From Heterodontus francisci (lineage: Eukaryota): 64,000 nucleotides of DNA. The notes beneath the pieces are model-generated. The model did not search any database, was not told the DNA's origin, and saw only the letters and a list, made by a program, of their open reading frames with translations. The DNA is taken from the NCBI RefSeq assembly GCF_036365525.1, contig NC_090412.1, positions 22,016,029-22,080,028 of the forward strand, read 5' to 3'. This document shows, piece by piece, positions 50,701 to 63,134 of this stretch. Numbering within the stretch: position 1 is the stretch's first letter; each line of letters starts with the position of its first letter. Both the position numbers and the translations under genes were made by a program.

Positions 50701-51564
50701 AGGCTCTATCATGCTGAGCAAGGAGTTTCTGATGGCGAAGCCCACTCCATGCTGTCTTGGTTCTTCAGGATCCCTGCCCTGCCAGAAGAAGGTGTAGTCT
50801 TGCTCTGCTAGAGAGCCACTCGCGGGGAGGCGAGTCTCCTGAAGTGCTGCAATGTCCACATTGAATCTACTGAGCTCGTTGTTAATGATGGCGGTCTTCC
50901 GAGAATCGTTGATTTGTGTAAGGTCTTCCGACAGGCCAGGACACATAGTTCTGACGTTCCAGCTTGCAAAGCGAAGGGCTGGTACCTTCTTTCCTTTTTT
51001 CATGTTGTTTGCTGCGGTGTATCAGTCCACCTTTCGGGCAATGACCCTGAGCTCCAAGCACCCATTGAAGCAGGCAGACTGTGGCGGGACAGAACCTTAT
51101 TGACCGGGGGCTGCCCGGTTTGAGGCGGGCGGTAGCTGTCCAGTGAGGTGCAATGACCTCTCCCACCGACAAAGGCAACCCGTGGCGCCCAGTTTCTACG
51201 CCAATTTATCTGGACTTATAACCCGTAACTGCTGCCTTCCGTGTTGTTTTAGTCGCTGTGAGGCAACTATGGAGTGACCTCTCCATGGCGCATGCCTGGG
51301 CAAATTTATGGAGGTTGAGAGTTGCCCAGTCGTCAAAACCCCCCTCTCGGCCTTTCTGGTGGGGTCCAAAGGAGTGCAGGACACGACGTTTGGCACCAGT
51401 ATGGCTGCAGGAACTGCCGGAAACATGCCAAAGGTGACACATGACCGCCTACGGGGTTCCGCTCCGGATTTTCTGTTAGGGTTTACTCCCTTAGCCTTGG
51501 TCTCTCCCGAGACGCCCACAAGGCAGTGGGGTTGTTGGGGCCCCTACACAGGTGTAGGATGGTG
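47752..51564 (-). mobile_element. Full-length RTE-clade LINE
   Basis: Perfect 15-bp TSD CCGATCAACATATTC (47737-47751 / 51565-51579), ~560-nt 5' leader, single long ORF, short A-rich tail. Confidence 0.96.
47776..51003 (-). CDS. RTE ORF: APE endonuclease + reverse transcriptase (1075 aa)
   Basis: Endonuclease motifs WNVRT, LQETR, YAPT, GDFNA, TDH; RT motifs QCGFR, FIDLTKAFD, GVKQGCVLAP, FADD, YLGS. Apparent 1-nt frameshift near 47950 removes the terminal Cys/His motif. Confidence 0.95.
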   Translation of the reverse strand: MKKGKKVPALRFASWNVRTMCPGLSEDLTQINDSRKTAIINNELSRFNVDIAALQETRLPASGSLAEQDYTFFWQGRDPEEPRQHGVGFAIRNSLLSMIEPPSNGSERILSIRLLTTSGPVHLLSIYAPTLCSAPEAKDQFYEQLHNIISSIPNTEHLFLLGDFNARVGADHDSWPSCLGRYGVGRMNENGQRLLELCTYHNLCITNSFFHTKPCHQVSWRHPRSRRWHQLDLIVTRRAALNSVQITRSFHSADCDTDHSLVCSKVRLRPKKLHHSKQKGHPRINTSRISHPQLLQKFLNSLVTALQNTPTGDAETKWAHIRDAIYESALTTYGKSAKRNADWFQSHNEELEPVIAAKHIALLNYKKAPSDLTSAALKAARSTAQRTARRCANDYWQHLCSHIQLASDTRNIRGMYDGMKRALGPTIKKITPLKSKSGDIITDQRKQMDRWVEHYLELYSRENAVTETALNAAQPLPVMDELDIQPTKSELSDAIDSLASGKAPGKDSITPEIIKSAKPAILSALHELLCLCWDEGAVPQDMRDANIITLYKNKGDRGDCNNYCGISLLSIVGKVFARVALNRLQKLAERVYPEAQCGFRAERSTIDMLFSLRQIQEKCREQQMPLYIAFIDLTKAFDLVSRRGLFRLLEKIGCPPKLLSIITSFHDNMKGTIQHGGSSSEPFPILSGVKQGCVLAPTLFGIFFSLLLSHAFKSSEEGIFLHTRSGGRLFNLARLRAKSKVRKVLIRELLFADDAALTSHTEECLQSLIDRFASACNEFGLTISLKKTNIMGQDVRNAPSINIGDHALEVVQGFTYLGSTITSNLSLDAEINKRMGKASTAMSRLAKRVWENGALTRNTKVRVYQACVLSTLLYGSEAWTTYASQERRLNSFHLRCLRRILGIRWQDYISNTEVLEAANTPSLYTLLSQRRLRWLGHVSRMEDGRIPKDTLYSELATGIRPTGRPCLRYKDVCKRDMKSCDIDHKSWESVASIRQSWRAAIKTGLNCGESKRLSSWQKKDRGARGEPTVQQPQQTNFSAAPVEEPVTPELAFIATPGAASQTTDHLQARIHCLSR

Positions 51565-53724
51565 CCGATCAACATATTCAGTTCATGTTTATACAATACA
51601 AATCCATTTGTCCACGCCTTTATTTTACATTATTGGTTATAACGTATTATGACACTAACCTATCCTATGGTTGCTACAGTCTCCTCCTCTGTTTACTTCT
51701 CCCCCTACTCTAACTTTCTAGCCCCTAACTCTTGTTTTTGTTTTACCTTATTTGGCTCTCCATTATGTGTTTTAACTTGCAGCTGTCAGCCTTTATCTTA
51801 GTGGGGCAGTTTCTTATTCACTACATCCTTTGTTCTAACTCTTGCTGTTTCTCTGTTATCTGCCTAAGCACAATTTTTAAGTGATGTACTGTCCCAAGGT
51901 CTCCACTTACATACCCTTATCAATTCTCTTTGTCAGTGATGTACTGTCTTAAGGTCTCCACTGACATATCCTTGTCAGTTCTCTTTTTCAGTGATTTCAT
52001 TATGTTGTGCACAAATGACTTCTTGGTAACTTTCCACAAGCTGTAGAAACAACATTTCAGTATTTCTTATTCTCACATGTGTTCCAGTACTTTTTCAAAA
52101 TATTTCAAGCATTATGTCTTTAAATCTGTCTTGTCCTTTCGTCTTTTACCACCAAATCCTCTTAATTTCTAAGAACTATTTTAAATGGCAAGCTGCAACC
52201 CACAGAGTCTAGCTGGAGCACATCCTGAGTATCCATTGATACATCAATGGATCACAGGTATTTTTCTGATCGCCTCGCCCCATATACAGACACCCTTTGA
52301 CTCTGAATGCAGTTTGGGGGCAGGGGCAGGGATTTCAGTGGCGACAAAACTATGGGAAGATTTTCGTGTTCGGGACGTGTGCCGGGGCAGAAGTTTCCCC
52401 CAATCTTTACCGTTGCTACTTTTAATCGACAATGCCACAGATCCACTGAATAAGTACAAAAGAAATTGCACCCTTCAGAGATGTAAATCGACTAAAATAA
52501 GCAGCGGCTATTCGTCAATTGATAACATCTCGTTAACGTTCACATTTCTGAGGAACATAATCCTGTCGGGATTTTAATTCATACATCTCATTTAAAATTG
52601 GATGAAAACCCAATTTTTGTTAAATCGTTTTGTAGTTGAGAGGTGTTCAATAGTCCTTAATTTTTTTAACTGGTTAACAGCCAGTTCAGTCCAATCACGA
52701 GATACAGAGGCAGCAGAATTTGCATGAGTTTAAGTGCATGGAGAGTGGAAGATGGGGAGGCCGGTCCGGAGAGCGTTGAAATAGCCCAGTACAGAGTTAA
52801 CAGAGGCATGGGTGAGGGTTTCAGTGGCCGAGGAGCGGAGGCAGACCCATTTACGTTTATGACAGGAGGAGATTCGGAGTAGTTCACAAGCAGAACTTAA
52901 AAGCGAGGGAGGCACAATCTCTAGTTTGTGACATGGAATTCTGATTTGCGATTTCATCCACAACGGAGAATGAACGATTTAAGAGGGATGAGGAGTTAAT
53001 GTTAAACTGTAATTAAGGTTTGTGGAGAAGAAGGGTCACTGACCTGAAACTATTAACTCTGCTTCTCTCTCCACAGACCTGCTGAGTATTTCCAGCATTT
53101 CCTGTGTTTATATTATTATTAAGGTTTGTGGATTTGTTAGGCTGTATGAGATATTTTGACTTAATGCAGTGCCTCCACGATCTTGGCAAATTGACGTGAT
53201 TCGACTTTGTCTCATTAATTTCGGTCCATTTTTTGAAGGAATGACAACAGTTGGTTCAGCCTGGTTGCACTGTGTTAAGGTTGGCAGTGAATGTAAGAAC
53301 ATCCTTTGGTACTGTGATTGAATGGTCAAAAAGGGACAGCAGCGGGGAAAAATGTTGGCTGGTCGAACTCAACAACTGGTGACATCTTGTGATTGGACTG
53401 TTCTGACGAACAAATAGTTAAAGAAAATAAAGAGTATTGCAAACCTCAACTGCCAAACGTAAATAAACGATTTAACAAAAAATGGGCTTTAATCTTTTTG
53501 AATGAGATAAATTGGTTAAAATTTTATCTTCCCCAATTGAATTGTGTTTTCCAGAAATGTGAAAGTTAATGGCAGAGATGTTATCAATTGACGATTGATT
53601 GTTGCTTGTTTTAATGAATTTACATTTCTTAAGGATTAAATTTGTTTATGGTCATCCAGTCTCTCTATGGTTTGTCACTTAAAGTAGCAATGGTAAAAAT
53701 TGGGTAAAGTGTGCTTTCATGTTT

Positions 53725-55560
53725 AATCATAGAATGGTTACAGAAGAGGAGGCAATTATGTTTGCTTGCCAAGTTCGTGTCCACTCTCCACAAGAGCAAT
53801 TTATTTAGTCCCACTCTCCTCGCCCTTCCCCATAAACGGCAACCTTTTTCCCTTCAAGCACTTATCCAATTCCCTTTTGAAAGCCACGATTGAATCTGCC
53901 TCCACTACCCTTACAGACAGTGCATTACGCTGCATAAGAGTTTTCCCTCATGTTGCTGTTGATACTTTTGCCAGTTACTTTAAATCTATGTCCTCTGGTT
54001 CTTGACCTTTTTGCCAATGGGAGCAGTTCCCTCTATTTACTCTGTCTGGACCCCTCAAGATTTTGAACACCTCTATCAAATCTCCTCTCAAGCTTCTCGA
54101 AGAAGAACAACCCAACTTCTCCAATCTATCCATGTAACTGAAGTCCCTCATCCCTGAAACAGTTCTTAAATCTTTTCTGCATCTTCTCTAAAGCCTTCAC
54201 ATCCTTCCTAAAGTGTGATGCCCAGAATTGGGAGTTGAGACTGAACCAGGGTTTTATAAAGATTCATCATAACTTGCTTTTGTACTCTATGCCTCTATTT
54301 ATAAAGCTCAGGATCCTGTAGGTCTTCTTAACCACTTTCTCAACCTGTTCTGCCACCTTCAATGATTTGTTCACATATACCCCCAGGCCTCTCTGTTCCT
54401 GTACCCCCTTTATAAATGTACCATTTAGGTTATATTGCCTCTCCTTGTTCTTCCTACCAAAATGTATCACTTTGCACTTCCTTGCATTAAATTGCAGCTG
54501 GCACATGTCCTCCCATTCCACTAGCCTGTCGATGTCCTCTTGAAGTCTATCACTATCCTCTTCACAGTTCACTATACGTCCTAAGTTTTGTGACTTCTGC
54601 AAATTTTGAAATGATGTCCTGTACACCCAAGTCTACTTCATCAATATAGATCAAGAAAAGCAGTGGTCCTAGTACCAACCCCTGGGCAACACCACTGCAT
54701 ACCTTCCTCAAATCAGAAAAACAACTGTTCATCACTACTCTCTGTCACTCAGCAACTACATATCCATGTTTCCACTGTCCCTTTTATTCCATGGGCTTCA
54801 ATTTTGCTGACCAGCCAATTGATGGAACTTTATCAAAAACCTTTTAGAAGTCCATATACACTATATCAACCATGTTACCCTCATCAACACTCTATTTTCT
54901 TTTCAAAAAGCTCAATCAATTTTGTTAATGGCAATTTGCCTTTAACAAATCTGTGTTTGCTTTCCTTAATGAATCTACACTTGTCCAAGTGACTAATTTT
55001 GTCCCAGATGATCACTTCTAAAAGTTTTCCCACTACCGATGTTAAACTGACTGGCATATAGTTGCAGGGTTTATCCTTACACCCTTTTTTGAACAAGGAT
55101 ATAACATTTGCAATTCTCCAGTTCCCAGGCACCACTCCTGTACCTAAGCAGGATTGGATGATTATGACTAGTACCTCCCTCAGCATTCTTGGAAGCATAC
55201 CATCTGATCCCAGTGACTTATCAACTTTAAGTACAGTCAGCCTTTCTAGTACTTCTGCTTTATCAATTTTTACCCCATCTAATATCTCATCTACCTCCTC
55301 TTTCAACATGACGTTGGTAGCATCTTCTGCCCTGGTAAAAACAGATGCAAAATACTCATTTAGTACCTCAGTCATTCCCTCTGACTCCATGCATAGGTCT
55401 CTAATCAGCCCCTCTTCTCTTAATATCCTTTTATTATTTATATGCCTATAGAAGACTTTTGGATTCCCATTTACGTGAGTTGCCAGTCTCATACTCTGCC
55501 TCTCTGATTTCCTTTTTCACTTCTCCTCTGAACTTTCTATAGTTAGCCTGGTTCTCACTT
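53725..55560 (-). mobile_element. CR1 LINE, degenerate
   Basis: WRIANVISLFKKG, PVSLTSVVGKLLE and LQEDIDRL motifs in ORFs 54884-55492 and 54267-54626. Confidence 0.9.
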
Positions 55561-56159
55561 GTGTCATGATCCTGTCTTTTTTCTCTCTCTGAGAAATATC
55601 TGGTGTGTCTTTCAGACAGAAAAGGATCAGTACTGCTTTAACAACAAGCAGGCCTCAGGAGTTACCGAGAAGGTGCATTTTGGCTGCCGTTAGAGACAGC
55701 CATACAGAGAGGGAACCAACCAGCTTCAAAAGGTGCATCCTGGTTGCCTTGGTTACAGCCATTCAGGACTGAGCATCGAGAGATACGTTTGTTACAATTT
55801 AATTTTGAACTGGTTTATAGTGGAAAAACAGACTCTTCTAAAACGAAACAGACAGACCGCTATGTGTTAGCACCTGAAAGGAAAGCTCTCACACCATTTA
55901 AACTGAAGGAAGAGAACTTGGTTTGTTTATGTATTATTCTCTCTCAAAATTCTAATAAGTTAAGCCAAATCAGAGATCTCTGATAATTTAAACTGAAGGA
56001 AGGGAAATTAGACTGTGACAATCTTTTATCCCTCAAAAATTCTAAAGCCAAATTGATTCATTAAAAAGTGTTTGCAAGTTGTTAATTGTAGAATTTATTC
56101 ACTGGAGAAGGAAAGCAACAATTTTGACTTCTGGATTAGACTAAGGACTGTTCTACTTT

Positions 56160-57810
56160 TTTTTATTCATTCATGGGATGTGGGCGACGCTGGCCAGGCC
56201 AGCATTTATTGCCCATCCCTAATTTCCCTTGAGAAGGTGGTGGTGAGCTGCCTTCTTAAGCCACTGCAGTCCATTTGGGGTGGGTATACCCACAGTGCTG
56301 TTAGGAAGGGAGTTCCAGGATTTTGACCCAGCGACAGTGAAGGAATGGCGATATAGTTCCAAGTTAGGATGGTGTGTGACTTGGAGGGGAACTTGCAGGT
56401 GGTGGTGTTCCCATGTATTTGCTGCCCTTGTCCTTCTAGTTGGTAGAGGTTGAGGGTTTGGAAGGTGCTGTCTAAGGAGCCTTGGTGCATTGCTGCAGTG
56501 CATCTTGTAGATGGTACACACTGCTGCCACTGTGCGTCAGTGGTGGAGGGAGTGAATGTTTGTAGATGGGGTGCCAATCAAGTGGGCTGCTTTGTCCTGG
56601 ATGGTGTCGAGCTTCTTGAGTGTTGTTGGAGCTGCACCCATCCAGGCAAGTGGAGAGTATTCCATCACACTCCTGACTTATACCTTGTAGATGTTGGACA
56701 GGCTTTGGGGAGACAGGAGGTGAGTTACCTGCTGCAGGATTCCTAGCCTCTGACCTGCTCTTGTAGCCACAGTATTTATATGGCTACTCCAGTTGAGTTT
56801 CTGGTCAATGGTAGCCCCTAGGATGTTGATAATGGGGAATTCAGCGATGGTAATGTCAGTGAATGTCAAGGGGAGATGGTTAGATTCTTTCTTGTTGGAG
56901 ATGGTCATTGCCTGGCACTTGTGTTGTGTGAATGTTACTTGCCACTTATCAGCCCAAGCCTGGATATTGTCCAGGTCTTGCTGCAGTTCTACACGGACTG
57001 CTTCAGTATCTGAGGAGTCACGAATGGTGCTGAACATTGTGCAATCATCAGCAAACATCCCCACTTCTGACCTTATGATTGAAGGAAGGTCATTGATTAA
57101 GCAGCTGAAGATGGTTGGGCCTAGGACACTACCCTGAGGAACTCCTGCAGTGATGTCTTGGAGCTCAGATGATTGACCTCCAACAACCACACAACCATCT
57201 TCCTTTGCGCTAGGTATGACTCCAACCAGTGGAGAGTTTCCCCCCTGATTCCCATTGACCTCAGTTTTGCTAGGGCTCCTTGATGCCATACTCGGGCAAA
57301 TGCTGCCTTGATGTCAAGAGCAGTCACTCTCAGCTCGCCTCTTGAGTTCAGCTGTTTTGTCCATGTTTGAACCAAGGCTGTAATGAGGTCAGGAGCTGAG
57401 TGGCCCTAGTGGAACCCAAACTCAGTGTCACTGAGCAGGTTCTTGCTAAGCAAATTTGCTTGATAGCACTGTTGATGACACTTTCCATCACTTTACTGAT
57501 GATTGAGAGTAGACTGATGGGGCGGTAAGGACTTGGGCAATTTTCCACATTGCAGGGTAGATGTCAGTGTTGTAGCTGTACTGGAACAGCTTGGCTAAGG
57601 GTGCGACAAGTTCTGGAGCACAGGTCTTCAGTACTATTGCCGGAATATTGTCAGGGCCCATCGCCTTTGCAGTATCCAGTGCCTTCAGTCGTTTCTTGAT
57701 ATCACGCCGTGTGAATCGAATTGGCTGAAGTCTGGCATCTGTGATGCTGGGAACTTCAGGAGGAGGCTGAGATGGATCATCAACTTGGCACTTCCGGCTG
57801 AAGATTGTTG
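56160..57810 (-). mobile_element. CR1-group non-LTR retrotransposon (second family), fairly young
   Basis: YRPISLLSIISKVME, LDIKAAF, GVPQGSVLGP, MFADD motifs; 3' tail ending (ATGA)n. Confidence 0.9.
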
Positions 57811-58512
57811 ATTGACAGTAATGATGCTGATAGTCCCATTCTTACTTTAATGGTAACACAGAACACTATATTGGCCCTTTGTCAGATCAATCCAAAATAA
57901 ATTCTACTGCGCGTATCTTTCCTTCTTCAAATATTCATCCAGTTTTCCCTGAAAAGACCTCCTAGTCTCAGTCATAAAGCATTGCAAGCTTCAACAACTC
58001 TTTCTGTAAAGAAATTTCTCCCAACTGTTTTCCTCAGTCTCTTGGTAAGTTTTAAATAGATGATCCCCTTGTTAATGACTTACATTGGGGCCAGTACCAT
58101 TAACGTAAGAATGGGACTATCAGCATTATTACTGTCAATCAAAATCTTCCAAATGTCTCTCTTGAATCAGCTGGCTCCTTACAGTTTCACAAGTGCCAAT
58201 TACCCCTGGTACTTAGCCCAAATGGGTATTCTTTGTGTGTTAACCTAGACAGTCAACAGACTATTTGACCACAGAGAACATCACAGCCAAGCTGGATTCA
58301 GCCCACAATCTCCACCAGGGGCTCATTGGTAACTGCAGCCTATTACAGAACTACAGTTCTGAGGAAGTGCTGCACTGTCAGAGGAGCGGTCTTTCAGATG
58401 AGATATTAAACTCAGGTTGTATGCCCTCTCAGGTGGACTCATGGCACTACTCAAAAAGCAGGAGAGTTTTCCCTGGTGTCCTGGCCAATATTTATCCCTC
58501 AACCAACATCAC

Positions 58513-59414
58513 TGTCATGCAGGCCCCCACCTGCCAAGAATGAGGCATATTAATTATGTCATATGACATTGATTTTAAACTTGGGAAGAAAAGAAGGCCT
58601 GTTACAAGGCAAGGGCTGCCAGACACTTAGCTGAAAAACATACTAATAGACAGTGCTTGTGGAGACAAAAGGACCATTCCCTGAAACAATAAACCCACAA
58701 TGGATATTGATCACCAGACATTGAAGGTGTAAGGAAGACCATTCCAGAGACTGCTAAGGTGATACAATCCACAAAAGCCAGGACCGGTTAAACCAGCTGG
58801 TCACATGACTAACTGGCTGGTTCAGGGTTTTTAAACTAGCCACAGAGTTTTTGAACTCAGAAAGACTGCTTGCTCCTGGAGTGAGAAGAACTCTCCTGTC
58901 TGTTCCCATCTCTTTCTCACAAGCCTCTGGACCCATAGAGGACACATGAACTTCGAGAGAAAAGTCTCCTACATTGACCAAGGTTTAAGAAGAATACTGG
59001 GCCCCAACGAAAAGCAAGACCTACCTACAATCAAGGACTTTACAGTGACCTCGAAGAAGAATAACCAAAACTATCTTCAGATATTGCCTCAAACTTTTCC
59101 AGTTTATGTCTTCTGCTCTTTTCTGTCTCTAGCTGCATGTGTGTATCGCGTATGCATGCTAGTGTGGGCGTGTCACGTATCTGTAGGCATTAACTGAATT
59201 AGAGTTTAAGTTTGATAAAGTTCAACCTTTTTCCTTTAAACCTAAGAAAACCTGTTTGGCTAGTTTCTTTGTCTTATAATTGGAAGTTAGTGAACAAGGA
59301 TTTACTGTAGGGGAACTAAAAAAAAAAAGTGTGTTTAAAATTAAATTCTGTTATGATAAGACCAGATGAAGGCTGAGAGGGAAGCCTAGACCCTTTTCTC
59401 ACCTGGTCGTAACA
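58513..59414 (+). mobile_element. Solo LTR (902 bp) inserted in a Deu-SINE
   Basis: TG...CA termini and a TCAC duplication (58509-58512 / 59415-59418); SINE sequence continues on both sides. Confidence 0.88.
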
Positions 59415-59581
59415 TCACTAAAATAGGTTACCTGGCCATTATCACATTGCTGTTTGTGGGACCTTGCACAATTCAGCTGCTGCATTTTGTACATTACCAG
59501 TGACCACATTTCAAAAATATTGACTGTAAAAAGCTTTGAGATTCCTGAGATCGTGAAAGGCACTATATAAATTCAAGTTGA

Positions 59582-59836
<255 letters not shown>

Positions 59837-60239
59837 TAGCAGCTGCTGGAGGGCCTGGATGCCTCTGATGCTGAAGGATTCATTTTTAGGCGAGAAGGCA
59901 GCAAACTTGCATTACAGAAACCACATGCATCACAGAAGCAGTTTGTAGTAATCCACCAGCATTATCCCAGTGAAAAACAAAGGAAATGTGAGTGGGCAGG
60001 GGGATAGCACCATGGTCTGTGTAGCCGGATGATCATCTCTGGATTGGGATTTATTTCCACTGCAAAAAAATCTAGCTGGCTCCTCAGCTAGATTCTGCAT
60101 TATAAAATTGTTTGTGGTTCACTTTTGAAGCTTGGGTTGATCGCCTGTCTCTACAATCTGTCTGTGGCACAAAATTCTGTACAGTTGATCATGATTAGAG
60201 CTCCCTACTGCTGTAGTGTGAGTAACTTTCCCTAATGTA

Positions 60240-60582
60240 CTGTTTATTGACTGTAGTTTGTAACACTGTACCTGTTATACAGTGTGTGGAGTTGGTGATA
60301 CTGTATGTAGTCTGTGATACTGTACCTGTTATACACTGTGCAGAATTGATAGTGCTATAGTCTGTAACATGTACCTGTTATATACTGTGCAGAACTTGTG
60401 ATGTAGTAGTCTGTAACACCGCACCTGTTGTACACTGTGTGGAGTTGGTTATACAGTATGTAGTCTGTGACACTGTACCTGTTATACACTGTGTGGAGTT
60501 GGTGATACTGTCGTCTGTGATACTGTACCTGTTATACACCGTGCAGAACTGGTAATACTATCTTCTACAACACTGTACCTGT
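60240..60582 (+). repeat. Degenerate ~52-55-bp tandem repeat, ~6 copies
   Basis: Recurring CTGT(G/A)A(C/T)ACTGTACCTGTTATACACTGTG unit. Confidence 0.85.
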
Positions 60583-60716
60583 GGCCTGGAATTTGTGTCT
60601 AGTGATAGAAGGAAGATATTGGCATCATAAATCTCATTAAATAAAGTCTGAATTATCAAAAATCAATGAAGTCATCTTGGATTTTTCCTGACCTCTAATC
60701 AGCTGCAAGAAGCTTG

Positions 60717-61608
60717 TGTTATGACCAGGTGAGCAATGTCTAGGGGTCTTTTGCTGTCTTTACCTGGTCTTATTGTAACAGGGTTTAATTTTAAACACAC
60801 TGTTTTGAGCTCCCCTTTGCGTGAATCCTTGTTCACAGTTTCCAATTATCAGGCAAAGAACTGAACACAAACAGGCTTTCTTTGGTTTAAAGCAGAAAGA
60901 TGAAATTTATTAAACCTTAAACTCAAACTTTAATACGGTGCACGCCTACAGATATACGACACACTCACGCTAGCATGCACACACAATATAAACATGCAGA
61001 TAGGAATAGAAAACAGCAGAAGAAAAGATAAGTAGAGCAGTTTGAGGCAATATCTTGTTACTGTTTCTTGAGCTCGCTGTAGTCCTTGATTGAAGATATG
61101 GTCTTGCGATTCGTTGGGTCCCAGTAATCTTCTTAAAGCTTTGTTCACGTGGCAAACCTTTGTCTGAGTTTCATGTGTTTTCACCAGATTCAGTTCTATG
61201 GGAAGAGATGAAGGAGAGGGTGTAATTCTTGCTTCAGTTCCAGGAGTGGTGTTTACTCCACGAGCACATAACTTTTTCTGAGTTCAAATTTTTTTGATGG
61301 GAGTTCAAATACAAAAAAGACTCCCAGGTTGCCCCGCAGGTTAGTCATATGACTAGTTCCTTATATGGAACAGTCTCTTCATATGCTTTGGAGGTTCAAA
61401 TTTCTCTGTCACAGCCAGTTAGTCACATGACTAAAACTGGTCTGACCACTTCTGTGTATTGGTGAAGCAACTGCTGGATCGCCATTGTTTCAACATTGTC
61501 TGTTACCATGGAAATGTCTTTCCAGTCAGGGTTTGCAATTTTAAGTTTTAATGTTCATGTAGCGAAATAATGTGTGCCTCAGTCTTGGCAGGTGGGGTTT
61601 GCCTGACA
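60717..61608 (-). mobile_element. Solo LTR (892 bp), same family as 58513-59414, opposite orientation
   Basis: TG...CA termini and a CTTG duplication (60713-60716 / 61609-61612); reverse-complement similarity to the 58513 copy along its length. Confidence 0.88.
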
Positions 61609-62444
61609 CTTGGAACAAGGAAATACCTCACAAGCTATGAGCCCCCTCCTTCTACAGACCTCATAATCACTCAACACAAAGTCAACCCCATGTAATTAGT
61701 TATGGAAAGAGAAAGGACAATTCAAGCTGTTCAAATGAAGGCTCCTGATTTCAGTTTGAAAAGCCTGATTGGTCCTCAGCCAGGGGCACGTAACGCTGCA
61801 GAAACTGCTGAACATGTGAAAATCTGAAATAATAGCCTCTTTAGTGAAGCTGTCTCTTGCCTTGTCCCATGGGAATTCTTCGAGGAGGGAAGTCCAGAGC
61901 TCCTCGGGTAGTGTGGTACTGAACCACACAAGTCACCTTGGGTTTCAGGTCAGATATACTGAGTTAGCAAATCTGTACTAAGGCAGTGGTAAGGGCTGTG
62001 CAATTTACCTCAGTGATTCTTAGCCTGGAATGGGAAAAGCCAGGGATCTAGCTCCTGACTGTTATTCAATGAGTCCTCCTCAGAAAATTCACTGTAAAGA
62101 TAATAGCAGATTCAGGTCCTGTGATGCAATACCTGCTGTGGAGTAACTGAGAACAAGGAATGAGGGAAAACCATCAGTTGCCTTTTGAATGTTGCAGAAT
62201 GACTTGAGAATTATGCTTTTCCTTCCACCGCTCGAGCTATGAAGGCTGAACAGTGGTCTTCAAGATCATAAATGATTATAAAATAAATAATGACAGACTG
62301 CTTTTACTGGTTGCAATGAGTGTGAACAGATCTAAGATAATCACAGAGTGTAGGACAGTGGGATTAAACTGGGTGGTTCCTGAGAAAAGAAAAATTCATA
62401 TACACAACCAGTTAACTAGGAAAAAGGGGATTTTTGTTTACAGC

Positions 62445-63134
62445 TGTTATGAAGAAATAGAAGGAATTAAAAAAAAAATCACAGGCTTAAAAGGCATGGA
62501 AGGAAGTCTTTTGGCAAGGTGTCCCAAAGATGAATAGGCGGTATCAATAGAATCTTCCTAGAAGTGTTCTTTCCAAGTGATGTTGATGATCAGTCTGGGT
62601 AGGCCTCCAAAAAATGCAACACAGAAACCACCAGTCAGGCTTTAGAGCAGTAAGCAGCAACAAGGACCTAGTCCTTGTCCTAGTTCCTATAGCAGCAATA
62701 TAGCAGTAAAGGTTTCTTCAAATACAGGAAGAAATAGTGAAGTTTGATGCAGGAATTCTTTAAAGATGCAGGGATTCTTCAAAGAGAGAAAGTGATCAGC
62801 TGTCTTCTCCTGGCAGGTCCATAAACAAACTGGCTTTAACAGTTATAATTGAAATTAACTTTTCCCAGAAACAGGTCCTGTGACAACCATAAATCTTGGC
62901 CTGTCATTCCCCTGCAAGCATCCTTTCAGAGTCACAAGCACAACCCCTGCTGGGTTATTTGCAAACAGATGCTTTCCAGTAAGACTTGTTTACTAGCCAA
63001 CCTTGTGTTTTGATCTTCCCTTTTGTTTTTGAAAACACATAGTTCAGCAATCTCCAGATGACTCAATGTACAGAATTCAACTATAGGTTCTTTAAAATGC
63101 ATTTTACAAAAGAAACAGAAGCAATCTCATAACA
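62445..63134. mobile_element. Possible old solo LTR
   Basis: Inverted termini TGTTATGA...TCATAACA, but no clear TSD. Confidence 0.35.

Larger units (their letters stand above)
47631..52077 (-). mobile_element. Solo LTR (~620 bp) split by the RTE insertion
   Basis: Termini TGTGAGAA...TTCTCACA, flanked by a 4-bp TGTG duplication (47627-47630 / 52078-52081). Minus-strand AATAAA near 47691; internal ~55-bp direct repeat at 51880-51990. Confidence 0.8.
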
